DNA of 62,263 nt from Planctomycetota bacterium (GTDB taxonomy: Bacteria > Planctomycetota > UBA11346): assembly GCA_031426335.1 (NCBI GenBank), contig JANPLC010000142.1:1-62263 (forward strand), in the 5' to 3' direction. The notes below the pieces were generated by a model. That model made no database searches and had not been told where the DNA came from. It saw nothing but the letters and a program-made list of their open reading frames with translations. The position numbers were made by a program, and so were the translations under genes. This document shows positions 37,850 through 46,586 of this stretch, piece by piece. The number at the start of each line of letters is the position of its first letter. Position 1 is the first letter of the stretch.

Positions 37850-38316
37850 ACTGCGGCACCCAGTCGTTTGGCCGCCCCACGCGTGCCGAGCGCGGCGCCG
37901 GCCAGCAACACGACGACCAGGAAGATAAGCGCGACACCGGTCGCGTTCAGATTGCCGTCCGTGATCAACGCGGACGAATGCACCACGGCGCCGATCACCA
38001 CCGCGACAGCGTAAAGCAGGTAACCGATGCCAGCCAACGCCCGTGCGGGCGCAAACAATAGCCCAAGGCCAAGCGCGATCTGGAGCGCACCGACCACGTA
38101 GACGCCCCACGGTGCATCGATGACGCCGCCGGTCGATAAACGCAGCAGGGCCGCGCTCGCCGGTTCATTCCCATCAGCGCTCGGCACCAGTTTGAGCACG
38201 CCGACGGCGATGGTCAGCAACGCGACGGCCCATGTCGCCGCCAACGCGAGCGGCGCCGCCAGACTGGCAGCGAGCAACGTGATGCAGGAAGTCGGTTGAT
38301 TGGCGGGTACGTTCAT
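37846..38316 (-). CDS. Four-TM membrane protein (DoxX-like size and topology), function unknown
   Basis: Four hydrophobic helices. GAGGA RBS 6 nt upstream of the ATG. Confidence 0.5.
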   Translation of the reverse strand: MNVPANQPTSCITLLAASLAAPLALAATWAVALLTIAVGVLKLVPSADGNEPASAALLRLSTGGVIDAPWGVYVVGALQIALGLGLLFAPARALAGIGYLLYAVAVVIGAVVHSSALITDGNLNATGVALIFLVVVLLAGAALGTRGAAKRLGAAV

Positions 38317-38344
38317 GGCGGTTCCTCAACTGGGACTTACGGAG

Positions 38345-39670
38345 TTACGGTAAACGACTGGGGCTGCGTCGCAGGATCTTCACCACCACGATGACGCAGA
38401 CGCTGGCGACCAGCAGCACGGCGATACACCAACCGGCGATGGCCGTAACCAGGGAGTGCAGGCTGCGATCGACCTCGGCGACCCGCTGCGGAATGGCCGG
38501 AGCAGCGATGATGGCTTCGGCGCTGGCCAGCGTGGCACGCAGGTCGCGCGCGGCGACAGCGGTCGCTTCCAGCGCTGCGGTGTATTCGCGGATATCGAAC
38601 GGCCGACCGGGCGGGCCATCGGCGGTTGCCGGCGCCGCAGCGCCCGGCGGCGGCATCACCCGCGCCAACATCGTATCGATCGCGGTGGTGAGCTTTTCCA
38701 ACGCTTCGGCGGCTTTGGTCGCGGAGGCCAAGGTATCGCGCACATCGCCCTGCGCGGCGCGACTTTGGTCGAGCAATGCCACGGTTTCAGTGCGTACCTG
38801 CGCCGGCATGGCGCGGATGGTGGTCAGCAGTTCAGCGACGCTGGCGTTGGCCTGATGGACCTCCCGCAGCAATCCGGCAACGCCGTCCTGCGATTGCATT
38901 TCCACCATCGCGACTTGCAGATGCCAGTTGATCAATTGCGGATAGGTGGCCATCAAGTCGACGGCGCGTGCTGCCACCACCGACAACTGTGCCGCAGCGT
39001 CACCGCCGGTTTTGACGCCTTCGAAGGCGCTGAAGGGCGACAAGGGGATGGCGATCAGCGATTCCAGCCGGCTCGCTTCCAACAGGCCACTGAGCGGATT
39101 GGACTCGCTGCCCTTGCCGGTGACGAAAGCATCGCCGGATTCCGCCGCGGCGAGAATGCGCTTGTGGAGTTCATCAAAGCGTTCTGGTGGCACACAGCGG
39201 CGGACCAGTTTTTCCGCCGTGACGACTAAACCATGGATCCGCACCAACAAGACTTCCCGATGGGCGGCAAAATACTTGGCCGGTTCGCCAACGGTCATGT
39301 GCCGCTCAGTGACGATGGTCCAGAACCACAGTTCGATCACACCCGCCAGGGCATTGTCGCGCCAACGTGCTTGGGTGCAGACCTCGGCCATGCGGATGCG
39401 CCAGCGCAGCGTCCGCCGACGCGTGTCGTTGCCTGGCATCAGGTGTTCCATTTCGTCGGAAGCCACCTGCACCTGCTGCTGCATCTGGTTGCTGAGCGCA
39501 TCCAGAGCTTCAGCCACTTCCGTCGGGGCGATGCGCGGGGCGGGCGCAGACACGGGCGCGGGCGTGCTGGTGGCGGAATCACCGGCCGACGTGGTCGTCG
39601 CCCGTGGAGCGCCCGTGCATCCTGTCAGGAACACGCCCACCACCACCATCAGGACCAACGGTTTCGCCAT
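38345..39670 (-). CDS. Lipoprotein-type all-helical protein with a C-terminal TM anchor, function unknown
   Basis: Lipobox LTGC at aa 15-18, a Ser/Thr/Pro linker, a long helical region, and a C-terminal helix IAGWCIAVLLVASVCVIVVV. Confidence 0.6.
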   Translation of the reverse strand: MAKPLVLMVVVGVFLTGCTGAPRATTTSAGDSATSTPAPVSAPAPRIAPTEVAEALDALSNQMQQQVQVASDEMEHLMPGNDTRRRTLRWRIRMAEVCTQARWRDNALAGVIELWFWTIVTERHMTVGEPAKYFAAHREVLLVRIHGLVVTAEKLVRRCVPPERFDELHKRILAAAESGDAFVTGKGSESNPLSGLLEASRLESLIAIPLSPFSAFEGVKTGGDAAAQLSVVAARAVDLMATYPQLINWHLQVAMVEMQSQDGVAGLLREVHQANASVAELLTTIRAMPAQVRTETVALLDQSRAAQGDVRDTLASATKAAEALEKLTTAIDTMLARVMPPPGAAAPATADGPPGRPFDIREYTAALEATAVAARDLRATLASAEAIIAAPAIPQRVAEVDRSLHSLVTAIAGWCIAVLLVASVCVIVVVKILRRSPSRLP

Positions 39671-39747
39671 GCCTGCGGACCATGTCGTCAGCGTTTTCAG
39701 GTCAATGGGACAGGATCTGGCAATGGCCGAACACGCCGCTGACCGGT

Positions 39748-41937
39748 TCAGCGGCGACGTCCGCCACCGCCGCCTCCGCCAGCACGTCCGCCACCGCCGC
39801 TGCGTGGCGGCGCTGACCGTTGTTGCACGCGCTGTTCACCACGACTGCGCTGTTGCTGCGTGCGATCAAAGCTGTCGGGCCGGCTGGCAGGTTTCGTCGC
39901 CGGACGTTCCGCAGGTTTGGGTGCAGGCTTGGTCGTCGGTTTTTCTGCCGCAGGACGCTCAACCGGCCGGGTGGCTGGCTTGGGTTGCTCTTTCCAACCA
40001 CCCGCTTCGCGCGTCTGCCAACCGCCATCGGTGGTCGGGCGAGCGATGTTACCATCACGATCGACCGCAAGGTTGTCGCGCGCCGGACGCGTGGTCGCCG
40101 GCTTCGCCGCCGCCTTGTCGCGCATGCGATTGCCAGCGTCCTGCAACTTCGGCTGCTCAGCACCTGGAACGCGGTCATAGATGGCCGGCCGCGTGCTCGG
40201 GCGATTGCCGTTGCCGATGTTGTTGCCGTTACCATTGCCGATGTTGATGTTGTTGCTGTTGTCGATGTTGATGGTGTTCGAGCCGCCGCAGCCCCACCAG
40301 CCGCCGCCGTGGTATCCACCGCCAGAAGAAATACCGATCGACCAGTGTGGGCCGCCGACACCGACGCTCACGCCCCAGCCGCTCCACGGATTGTAATGGA
40401 TGCCCACGCCCCAGGTCAGCGGACGCGGATAGACGATCGGGCCGTACCAGCCTGGATAGCGCCAACCGGTGCCATAGATCGGGCAGCCGTACCACGAGTA
40501 CCACCCCATGTACCCAGGCGTGTAGCCGCACCACACGTACTCCGGTGTGCTTTCGTAGACCTGAACGTAGGTGACGTTGTGCCATGGGCAGTCCGCTGGC
40601 AGACGACGCAGCGCTTCGGGCACTGACGTCGCCACGGTGAAGCTGCCGCGTGGATCTTTGCCCTCGTACCACACGCCATCGCGGCAAACGTAGAAGAGCG
40701 AACCAGGAATACGGAACACCGCGTCGGCGGAGTTTTCGGCGTACTCGACTTCCATTTTGCTGACCTTCACCCATTTCGGTTCACCGTCGAAGGTGACGGT
40801 GATGGTCGCGGCGCGCGGGATGCGCGCGGTCTGGGGAATCTGTTGCTGCGCGGTGGCCTCGTCGGCTTCCGGAGTGCCCGCGACGTGCGCGCGTACGTCG
40901 TCGTACTCCGAACCCGCAGGGATCGCGGTGAATGCCTCTGGCAGCGCATCCGGCTTTACCAGTTCCCAGGTTGCATCGTCCGCCAGCTTCGCGGCGCTGT
41001 ACCAACGACCAGCGAGCAGCAGGAATTGTTTGCCGGTGGCGACCTCTACCAGGGCGGTGGTGTCGCTGTTGCTGGCGCCGAGCAACGCGCCATCGCCGAT
41101 GGGGGCGAATGACGGCTTGCCGGTGAACACCACCAGTTCGCTCGGCTCCGTCGCGATGATCACCGCTGGCGCCTTGGCGTCGCCGGCACGTGCCACCGAA
41201 GACGGGTAACCTGCTTTCTTCGCTGCTTCAGCGACCGCGCGTGGAATCGCGGTCGTCGGCAGGGTCCATGGACCTTGCATGCTCACGGCGGTCAGCCAGT
41301 CACGGTCCCCGCGTAACCACCACGTGAGACCGGACTCGACCAGGAACGCGGGCGAGTTCACCACGCGTTTGACGCCGTCGACCTCACGGGTCTGCGCTTC
41401 ACCATCGAGCACCACCAGCACCGTCGGCTCCTGACGGATGAGGATACGCGGCGGTGCGGGATTGAAGTCGGCGGCACCAGGCCCGCTGACCTCTTCCAAG
41501 GTGGCAACCAGACGATCGAGATCGAGTTCCAGACCAAGCGCGATCACCGCGTCCTGGATCGCCTTTTTTGCCGCGGCGCCGTCATCGGCTGATTTCTCGC
41601 CCTTGGGCGTCACCACCTTGGTGATGGTCATGGTGCGCGCCTTGGCGACGTCGTTCACGCGATCGATGTCGAGTGTGGCGGTAAACCACAAGGCGCCGAA
41701 CACCCGGTCGTCCTCAGCCTTGCCGGTGGCCAGGTACGAGGCGGCGGCGCGACCGGTGAGCGTGTTGCCTTCCAGCTTTTCCGGCTGCGGCTGATAGAGC
41801 GTGATGACGCCCGCTCCATGCGGAATGTCGAGCGGCCAGGGCGAGAGCGGTGCCACGAGCGGTTCATCAGCGGAAAACACGGTTCCCGTGCTGAACATGC
41901 ACCAGGTCAACAGCACCAGCAGGGGACGGATGGACAT
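39748..41937 (-). CDS. Secreted protein with a Trp/Tyr/Gly-rich core, an Asn/Gly-rich stretch and a very basic Pro-rich tail, function unknown
   Basis: Signal peptide MSIRPLLVLLTWCMFSTGTVFS (ATG at 41937, GAGG RBS). VTYVQVYESTPEYVWCGYTPGYMGWYSWYGCPIYGTGWRYPGWYGPIVYPRPLTWGVGIHYNPWSGWGVSVG, then NTINIDNSNNINIGNGNGNNIGNGN. The tail ends GGGGRAGGGGGGGRRR. Confidence 0.65.
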   Translation of the reverse strand: MSIRPLLVLLTWCMFSTGTVFSADEPLVAPLSPWPLDIPHGAGVITLYQPQPEKLEGNTLTGRAAASYLATGKAEDDRVFGALWFTATLDIDRVNDVAKARTMTITKVVTPKGEKSADDGAAAKKAIQDAVIALGLELDLDRLVATLEEVSGPGAADFNPAPPRILIRQEPTVLVVLDGEAQTREVDGVKRVVNSPAFLVESGLTWWLRGDRDWLTAVSMQGPWTLPTTAIPRAVAEAAKKAGYPSSVARAGDAKAPAVIIATEPSELVVFTGKPSFAPIGDGALLGASNSDTTALVEVATGKQFLLLAGRWYSAAKLADDATWELVKPDALPEAFTAIPAGSEYDDVRAHVAGTPEADEATAQQQIPQTARIPRAATITVTFDGEPKWVKVSKMEVEYAENSADAVFRIPGSLFYVCRDGVWYEGKDPRGSFTVATSVPEALRRLPADCPWHNVTYVQVYESTPEYVWCGYTPGYMGWYSWYGCPIYGTGWRYPGWYGPIVYPRPLTWGVGIHYNPWSGWGVSVGVGGPHWSIGISSGGGYHGGGWWGCGGSNTINIDNSNNINIGNGNGNNIGNGNRPSTRPAIYDRVPGAEQPKLQDAGNRMRDKAAAKPATTRPARDNLAVDRDGNIARPTTDGGWQTREAGGWKEQPKPATRPVERPAAEKPTTKPAPKPAERPATKPASRPDSFDRTQQQRSRGEQRVQQRSAPPRSGGGGRAGGGGGGGRRR

Positions 41938-42206
41938 CGTGACCTCAGGGGTATGGCGGGCGGGCAACTTTGGGCCCAGCCCTCAGGAGGCAACCGCTCA
42001 AAGACCATCCGGGGCATGGTCAGAGACGTTGCGGCGACCTGAGAATCGTGCGCTGGCAGGGACTGGCGATACCAATGCCGGCCTCCGGTGTGGCACAGCA
42101 CCTGGGGCAGTGCGATTCCCAGGATTGCGCTCGCTGCCGACGACGCCATCCACACGGCATCGATGCACGGAGCCCACCGTGTTTAAACCGTGCTAAGGAG
42201 CCAATC

Positions 42207-42830
42207 GTGAAAAATCTTGCCCTGCTGTTCCTCTCCTTGGTGTGCCTCCCCCTGCCGGCGGCGGTGGTGGTGTCAGGCGGCGATAGCGGGAATTCCGACT
42301 GGTGGCGCGAAGGCAACACGGCGCCTGCGTCGTTCGGCGTCATCGACCGCGATCGTGACGGTAAAGTGACCCAGGGTGAGATGGCTGAAGCCCGCCAGCA
42401 ATTCGCTACGGAGCTGAAACAGACCAAGTCGAGCCTGCAGGCCGCAGTCGATCTGGACCAGAGCGGCAAGCTCTCTCGTTTTGAAGCCGCCGAAGCCACT
42501 CCGCGCTGGAACAGCCTGCGTGAACGTGCGCGTGAGCTGGCCGTGGCGGCAAACGATAAGAACCACGACGGCAAGATCACCGAAGACGAGTCGATGGGCT
42601 TAGAGAAGCGCATCGGTGCCGTGTTCGTGCGTTATGGCGCCGCGGTCGTCGACGCTGACCACAACAAGAATTTCAGCCGCACGGAAGTGCAGATGGCGAT
42701 CAAGGCCATCCGCGACGGTAAGGGTGCGATGTTCACCATCTGCGACCTCTCCAATGATGGTCTGCTGTCGGTCAGGGAGGCCGACATGGCCTTCGCCATC
42801 CTCGCCGCCGCGGCTGGAATCAGTAACTGA
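42207..42830 (+). CDS. Secreted protein with five EF-hand calcium-binding loops
   Basis: GTG start with AAGGAG 8 nt upstream, and a signal peptide. EF loops DRDRDGKVTQGE, DLDQSGKLSRFE, DKNHDGKITEDE, DADHNKNFSRTE and DLSNDGLLSVRE. Confidence 0.8.
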   Translation: MKNLALLFLSLVCLPLPAAVVVSGGDSGNSDWWREGNTAPASFGVIDRDRDGKVTQGEMAEARQQFATELKQTKSSLQAAVDLDQSGKLSRFEAAEATPRWNSLRERARELAVAANDKNHDGKITEDESMGLEKRIGAVFVRYGAAVVDADHNKNFSRTEVQMAIKAIRDGKGAMFTICDLSNDGLLSVREADMAFAILAAAAGISN

Positions 42831-42866
42831 GGAAGCCCAGGCCCGCGTCAGAGCGGGGGCGTACGA

Positions 42867-44687
42867 CTACTTCGCATTGGCGTGTAGGTCGAGGATCCGC
42901 CGCAATTCGAGGAGCGCGGCGGAACATTTGTAAATCTGGCCGTGATCGACGGGTAGGATCACTTCGCTGTCGATGTCGGTCAGGTGGGCGCTCTGGTACG
43001 AGACCAGTCCGTCATTCCCGTCGCCCAACTCACCCACCACGCTGTTGATCTTCACGTCGATTCCCGCCGGCTTGGTTGCCAGCCACGTCAGCAGCTGGCT
43101 GCCCGGCCGCATGTTGTGCAGGCTAGTGCGCTCCCCTCCGCGCATGACCACGGCGAGATCGGCGCTCTCCTTTGGTAGCTCCAGCCAACGGGTTGCACCA
43201 TCCAACCAGAAGGCATCCAGCAGCTCCACACCGCGATGCGGCGTGCCGATGTAGACCACGCGTTTGATGCGCTTTTCATGAGTGAAGGTCGTGCAGCGTG
43301 TCAGGAGTGCGGAACCGGCGTCACCTGCGGGCAGGTCGGGGGCGAGGGTACCGCGCAAGCGCTCATCACTGTCGATGACCACCAAGCGTGCGATGAGTCC
43401 GCCCATCGAGTGCCCCATCAGCAGCATGTGGTGCATGGCCGGGTCCTCGTCACGCGGATCAAGCCGCCGCACCTGCGCCGCAATGCTGTCGCGCAGCAGC
43501 GTCGCCGACACCGCGATCGAATTGCTGGTCGGATAACGGAAGAACCACACCTGATAACGATCACGCAACCACGGATCCCCGCGCAGGCTGACCAGCAGCG
43601 GCAGCCAAGCCTCTGGTGTGGCCATGGTGCCATGCACCAGGATGAGCGGAATGCGCCCAGGCACGTAAGGCTCCAGCATGGTGATGCCGGCTAAGTGGCC
43701 GACCTGGTCGCCGTCAAAAAATCCGCTGCTGAGGTGACTCGCTGGCAATTCGCTGGCAAAAACCTGGAGCGGCGTGGTCAGATCCGCCTCCAGACGGATG
43801 GGCGGACGTTGGTCGAACAACGGGAAGCGGACGTTGCGCAAGGGATCGAGCACCAGCCATTCACCGGCGAGCTCGTCATGAGCGAGCGGGAATCCCGCGA
43901 GACGGACGACGAAGGTCGCGGCACAGACCAGATTGGCCTCGCTCTCCCGTTGTTCGAAACGCACGGCCATCGGCGCGCCCAAACCACGCTGGATCACCGG
44001 CAGTTCGTTGCCGATCCCATGCAGGGCATAACACGCGTCGAAGCGACGCGCGGTGTCGAGTGGGTAGGGCAGTTGGTAAGCACCCGGCTTCAACCGCAGC
44101 GAACCGGCGACCAGCGGCAGGCTGAACTCCTGACCACGTTCGGTCGCGACGCTTTGCCGATACAATGCCAACCACGACAGGCTGCGGTTGTAGATCTCAC
44201 GCGCATCGTTGGTGCGTTCGTCGAGTGCCTCCGGAGTCGCGGAAAAATGCGGAGGGATCGGCTCGAAGAGGAAGGTATATGCCGCGACCATCGCCGTGGT
44301 CATGGCGCGCAGTTGGTGATCCGCCTGTCCAGCATGGTCACCTGTCACGGCATGCTGGTACGCCGACGCGGCCAGTACGTAGGAGATTCCTTTGCGCAGG
44401 ACGGCATGCCGTTCGGCCTGCTGCGGATCGGCGACCGGCACACCATAAATTCGCCACTGCCGATCGAGCTCAAGGAGCGTCGGCCACGGCGCAGAAATAA
44501 AACGGCCGTCGAGTCCGAGGAAGGCGAGGTGGCTGGTCAATTGTGCCGGTAGTTGCCGGTTGCGGTCCATCGTCACTGGTCGATTCAACCATTCGTCATC
44601 CACTACCGTGCGAACCGCGGTACCACCACAGGAGACCAGACCGATCGCAAACGTGATCACGAGTAGCAGCGTGCGCGTAGTCAGCAT
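42867..44687 (-). CDS. Lipoprotein with a C-terminal alpha/beta-hydrolase (lipase/esterase-like) domain
   Basis: Lipobox LVSCGG, nucleophile elbow GHSMGG in LLMGHSMGGLIARL, and LILVHGTMATPEAW upstream of it. Confidence 0.65.
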   Translation of the reverse strand: MLTTRTLLLVITFAIGLVSCGGTAVRTVVDDEWLNRPVTMDRNRQLPAQLTSHLAFLGLDGRFISAPWPTLLELDRQWRIYGVPVADPQQAERHAVLRKGISYVLAASAYQHAVTGDHAGQADHQLRAMTTAMVAAYTFLFEPIPPHFSATPEALDERTNDAREIYNRSLSWLALYRQSVATERGQEFSLPLVAGSLRLKPGAYQLPYPLDTARRFDACYALHGIGNELPVIQRGLGAPMAVRFEQRESEANLVCAATFVVRLAGFPLAHDELAGEWLVLDPLRNVRFPLFDQRPPIRLEADLTTPLQVFASELPASHLSSGFFDGDQVGHLAGITMLEPYVPGRIPLILVHGTMATPEAWLPLLVSLRGDPWLRDRYQVWFFRYPTSNSIAVSATLLRDSIAAQVRRLDPRDEDPAMHHMLLMGHSMGGLIARLVVIDSDERLRGTLAPDLPAGDAGSALLTRCTTFTHEKRIKRVVYIGTPHRGVELLDAFWLDGATRWLELPKESADLAVVMRGGERTSLHNMRPGSQLLTWLATKPAGIDVKINSVVGELGDGNDGLVSYQSAHLTDIDSEVILPVDHGQIYKCSAALLELRRILDLHANAK

Positions 44688-44754
44688 GCGTCGAGCGTTT
44701 GGTGATCCGTCGCTGCGACAAGTGGCGATTCACCGCCGTGTGCGAATCGCTTGG

Positions 44755-45390
44755 TCAGTTCTCCAGACGGGAAGACACCGCCAGTCGCCGATGGGTGAGC
44801 GTGCGCACGAACAACACCAGCAATGGGAACACCAGCAACATGATCATGATCTGGGCGGAGATGGCGCCGAATAAGGATGCCACCGCGGTCGTGGCAAAGT
44901 GCGGACTGGCATCACCCGCGATCAGCAGCACCCACCGACTCTGGGTAGGCGCGGGCATGTCGTCGGCCCGCCACAACACCACGTCGATTGGGGTCCGTTC
45001 CTTGGCAACGAAGACCAGGCGCTGCCCAGGCAGGCGCGCCTGCCAGGACGCGACGACCAGCCGATGTGGGCCTGGGTCAGACGTTGGGGGAATTGGTGAA
45101 TCCGCGCTGTACTGATCACGCTCGGAGAACTGCAGCGGAGCGAAGTGTTCCAACGGTAAACGCTGATCACCGAGGCCGATCTGCAAACACTCGCGTAGGA
45201 CCTGACGCGCTTCCGCGGCATCGGCGATATTGGGATTGTCGCTATAGTCAGCGGTCAGTTCCAAGGCGACGTGGCCGTCGTCACTGATGGTCACGCGGGC
45301 GCAGACGAATTGGTTGCCGTGTGCAAAGGATAACGGGGCTGGCAACACCAGCCCCGCAATAAGGACCGCCAGGATGGCGATCCGTCGCAT
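44755..45390 (-). CDS. Secreted/anchored hypothetical protein
   Basis: The ATG at 45390 overlaps the NHL gene stop (ATGA). Signal peptide MRRIAILAVLIAGLVL and a C-terminal TM helix AQIMIMLLVFPLLVLFV. Confidence 0.5.
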   Translation of the reverse strand: MRRIAILAVLIAGLVLPAPLSFAHGNQFVCARVTISDDGHVALELTADYSDNPNIADAAEARQVLRECLQIGLGDQRLPLEHFAPLQFSERDQYSADSPIPPTSDPGPHRLVVASWQARLPGQRLVFVAKERTPIDVVLWRADDMPAPTQSRWVLLIAGDASPHFATTAVASLFGAISAQIMIMLLVFPLLVLFVRTLTHRRLAVSSRLEN

Positions 45391-46379
45391 CACTTCTTGT
45401 TCCAACGCAGCACGCGGCCGAAGTTGTTCCATTCGGTTTCCAGGATGTTGCCCTGGAGGTCGAAGGTCACGCCGTGCGGCGAGGTCACCAGGTCGTCTTT
45501 CCAATCCTTGGGCTCGACCTTGGGCGTGTCGGACTGGTTTTCACCGTTGTTGGCGCCAAGTCTGGCGACCAGACGACCGTCCTTGTCGAACACCACGATG
45601 CCGCCGCCGCTCTTGGTCTTGTTGTCGCCGATCTCGGCGACGCACACGTAGTCGCCGTGGAACGAAGCCGAACTGGGACGACGCAGCGCGCCTTTATCTT
45701 TGTCCGCAATCACGCCGATGAAGGTGCCGTCGAGCGCGAGGTGCACGATGCGGTTGTTGCCACGATCGCACAGCAGCAGGCGCGGCGGATCAAAACGCGG
45801 ATCGACGAACAGCTTGTGGGTGTTGCTGAGTTTGAGCGGTTCATCGCGACCACCGAACACCGTCTTGTAGGTGCCATCCTTGGCGAAGACGAAGATCCAA
45901 TCTTTGCCGTAGCCATCGACGACGTAGATGTCGCCGTTGGGCGCGACGTCGACGCTGGTGAGTTTGAGGTTGCCTTTATCCGCAGGAAACGAGGTCTTGG
46001 GAATCTCCAACAGCACCGTGCCGTCGGTCGTGAACTTGATGATCTTCGACTGGCCGAGCACGGCGGCGTAGATCACATCCTTGCCATCTTCCTGACGGAT
46101 GACGAAACCATGCAGCGAGGCGGGGATGTTGGGGACGTAGCGCAGGAACTTGCCATCGGCACCGTAGACCTGGAGCCCCCCTTCTTTCTGGCCTTCGACG
46201 CTGACGTAGATGTTGCCGAGGGAGTCGACGCGGATTTCACCATGGCCGTTGCCGATGGTCTCCTTTCCCGGCGGCGGCGTGAGCGCATTCGGAACGTACG
46301 TCCAGGTTGGATCGGCGGCACTGAGCGCGGCAAGGGTGAGCGACAGGGCGCAGGCGACGTGACGGAGCGAAGCGAACAT
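45390..46379 (-). CDS. Secreted NHL-repeat six-bladed beta-propeller protein (peptidylglycine amidating-lyase-like)
   Basis: Signal peptide. Repeated blade motifs VDSLGNIYV, VAPNGDIYVVDGYG, CDRGNNRIVHL and PHGVTFDLQGNIL. Confidence 0.65.
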   Translation of the reverse strand: MFASLRHVACALSLTLAALSAADPTWTYVPNALTPPPGKETIGNGHGEIRVDSLGNIYVSVEGQKEGGLQVYGADGKFLRYVPNIPASLHGFVIRQEDGKDVIYAAVLGQSKIIKFTTDGTVLLEIPKTSFPADKGNLKLTSVDVAPNGDIYVVDGYGKDWIFVFAKDGTYKTVFGGRDEPLKLSNTHKLFVDPRFDPPRLLLCDRGNNRIVHLALDGTFIGVIADKDKGALRRPSSASFHGDYVCVAEIGDNKTKSGGGIVVFDKDGRLVARLGANNGENQSDTPKVEPKDWKDDLVTSPHGVTFDLQGNILETEWNNFGRVLRWNKK

Positions 46380-46513
46380 GTGGAAGTTCCCAGGTAGGTG
46401 GAGATCGGAGCAGAGATGATGGATGACCAGCTCGCAGATACCAGTTCAAGCGTGGTGGGTGTCCAGATGGACTTACGCGTTAGCGAGTGTGGCCGTGGCA
46501 GAGAAGAAAATTT

Positions 46514-46586
46514 GAACAAGTGAAACGGAGGAACGGAGTGAAAGCAAAGGCTCCAAGCCGTTGTCCTCCGTTGCTCCTCGTGTTCA
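46514..46586. repeat. Short word-repeat hairpin (AACGGAG type)
   Basis: The words aaacggagg-aacggag are followed by a loop and then tcctccgtt, giving a 9-bp stem. The outer gaaca/tgttc pairing reaches the DUF1501 stop codon. Confidence 0.45.

Noticed and set aside
40180-40290. A locally AT-rich, repetitive DNA stretch (gttgttgcc / gatgttgat units), considered as a tandem repeat or foreign insert.
   Set aside because: It is in frame within the 39748-41937 gene and simply encodes its Asn/Ile/Gly-rich segment. The flanks are continuous coding sequence.
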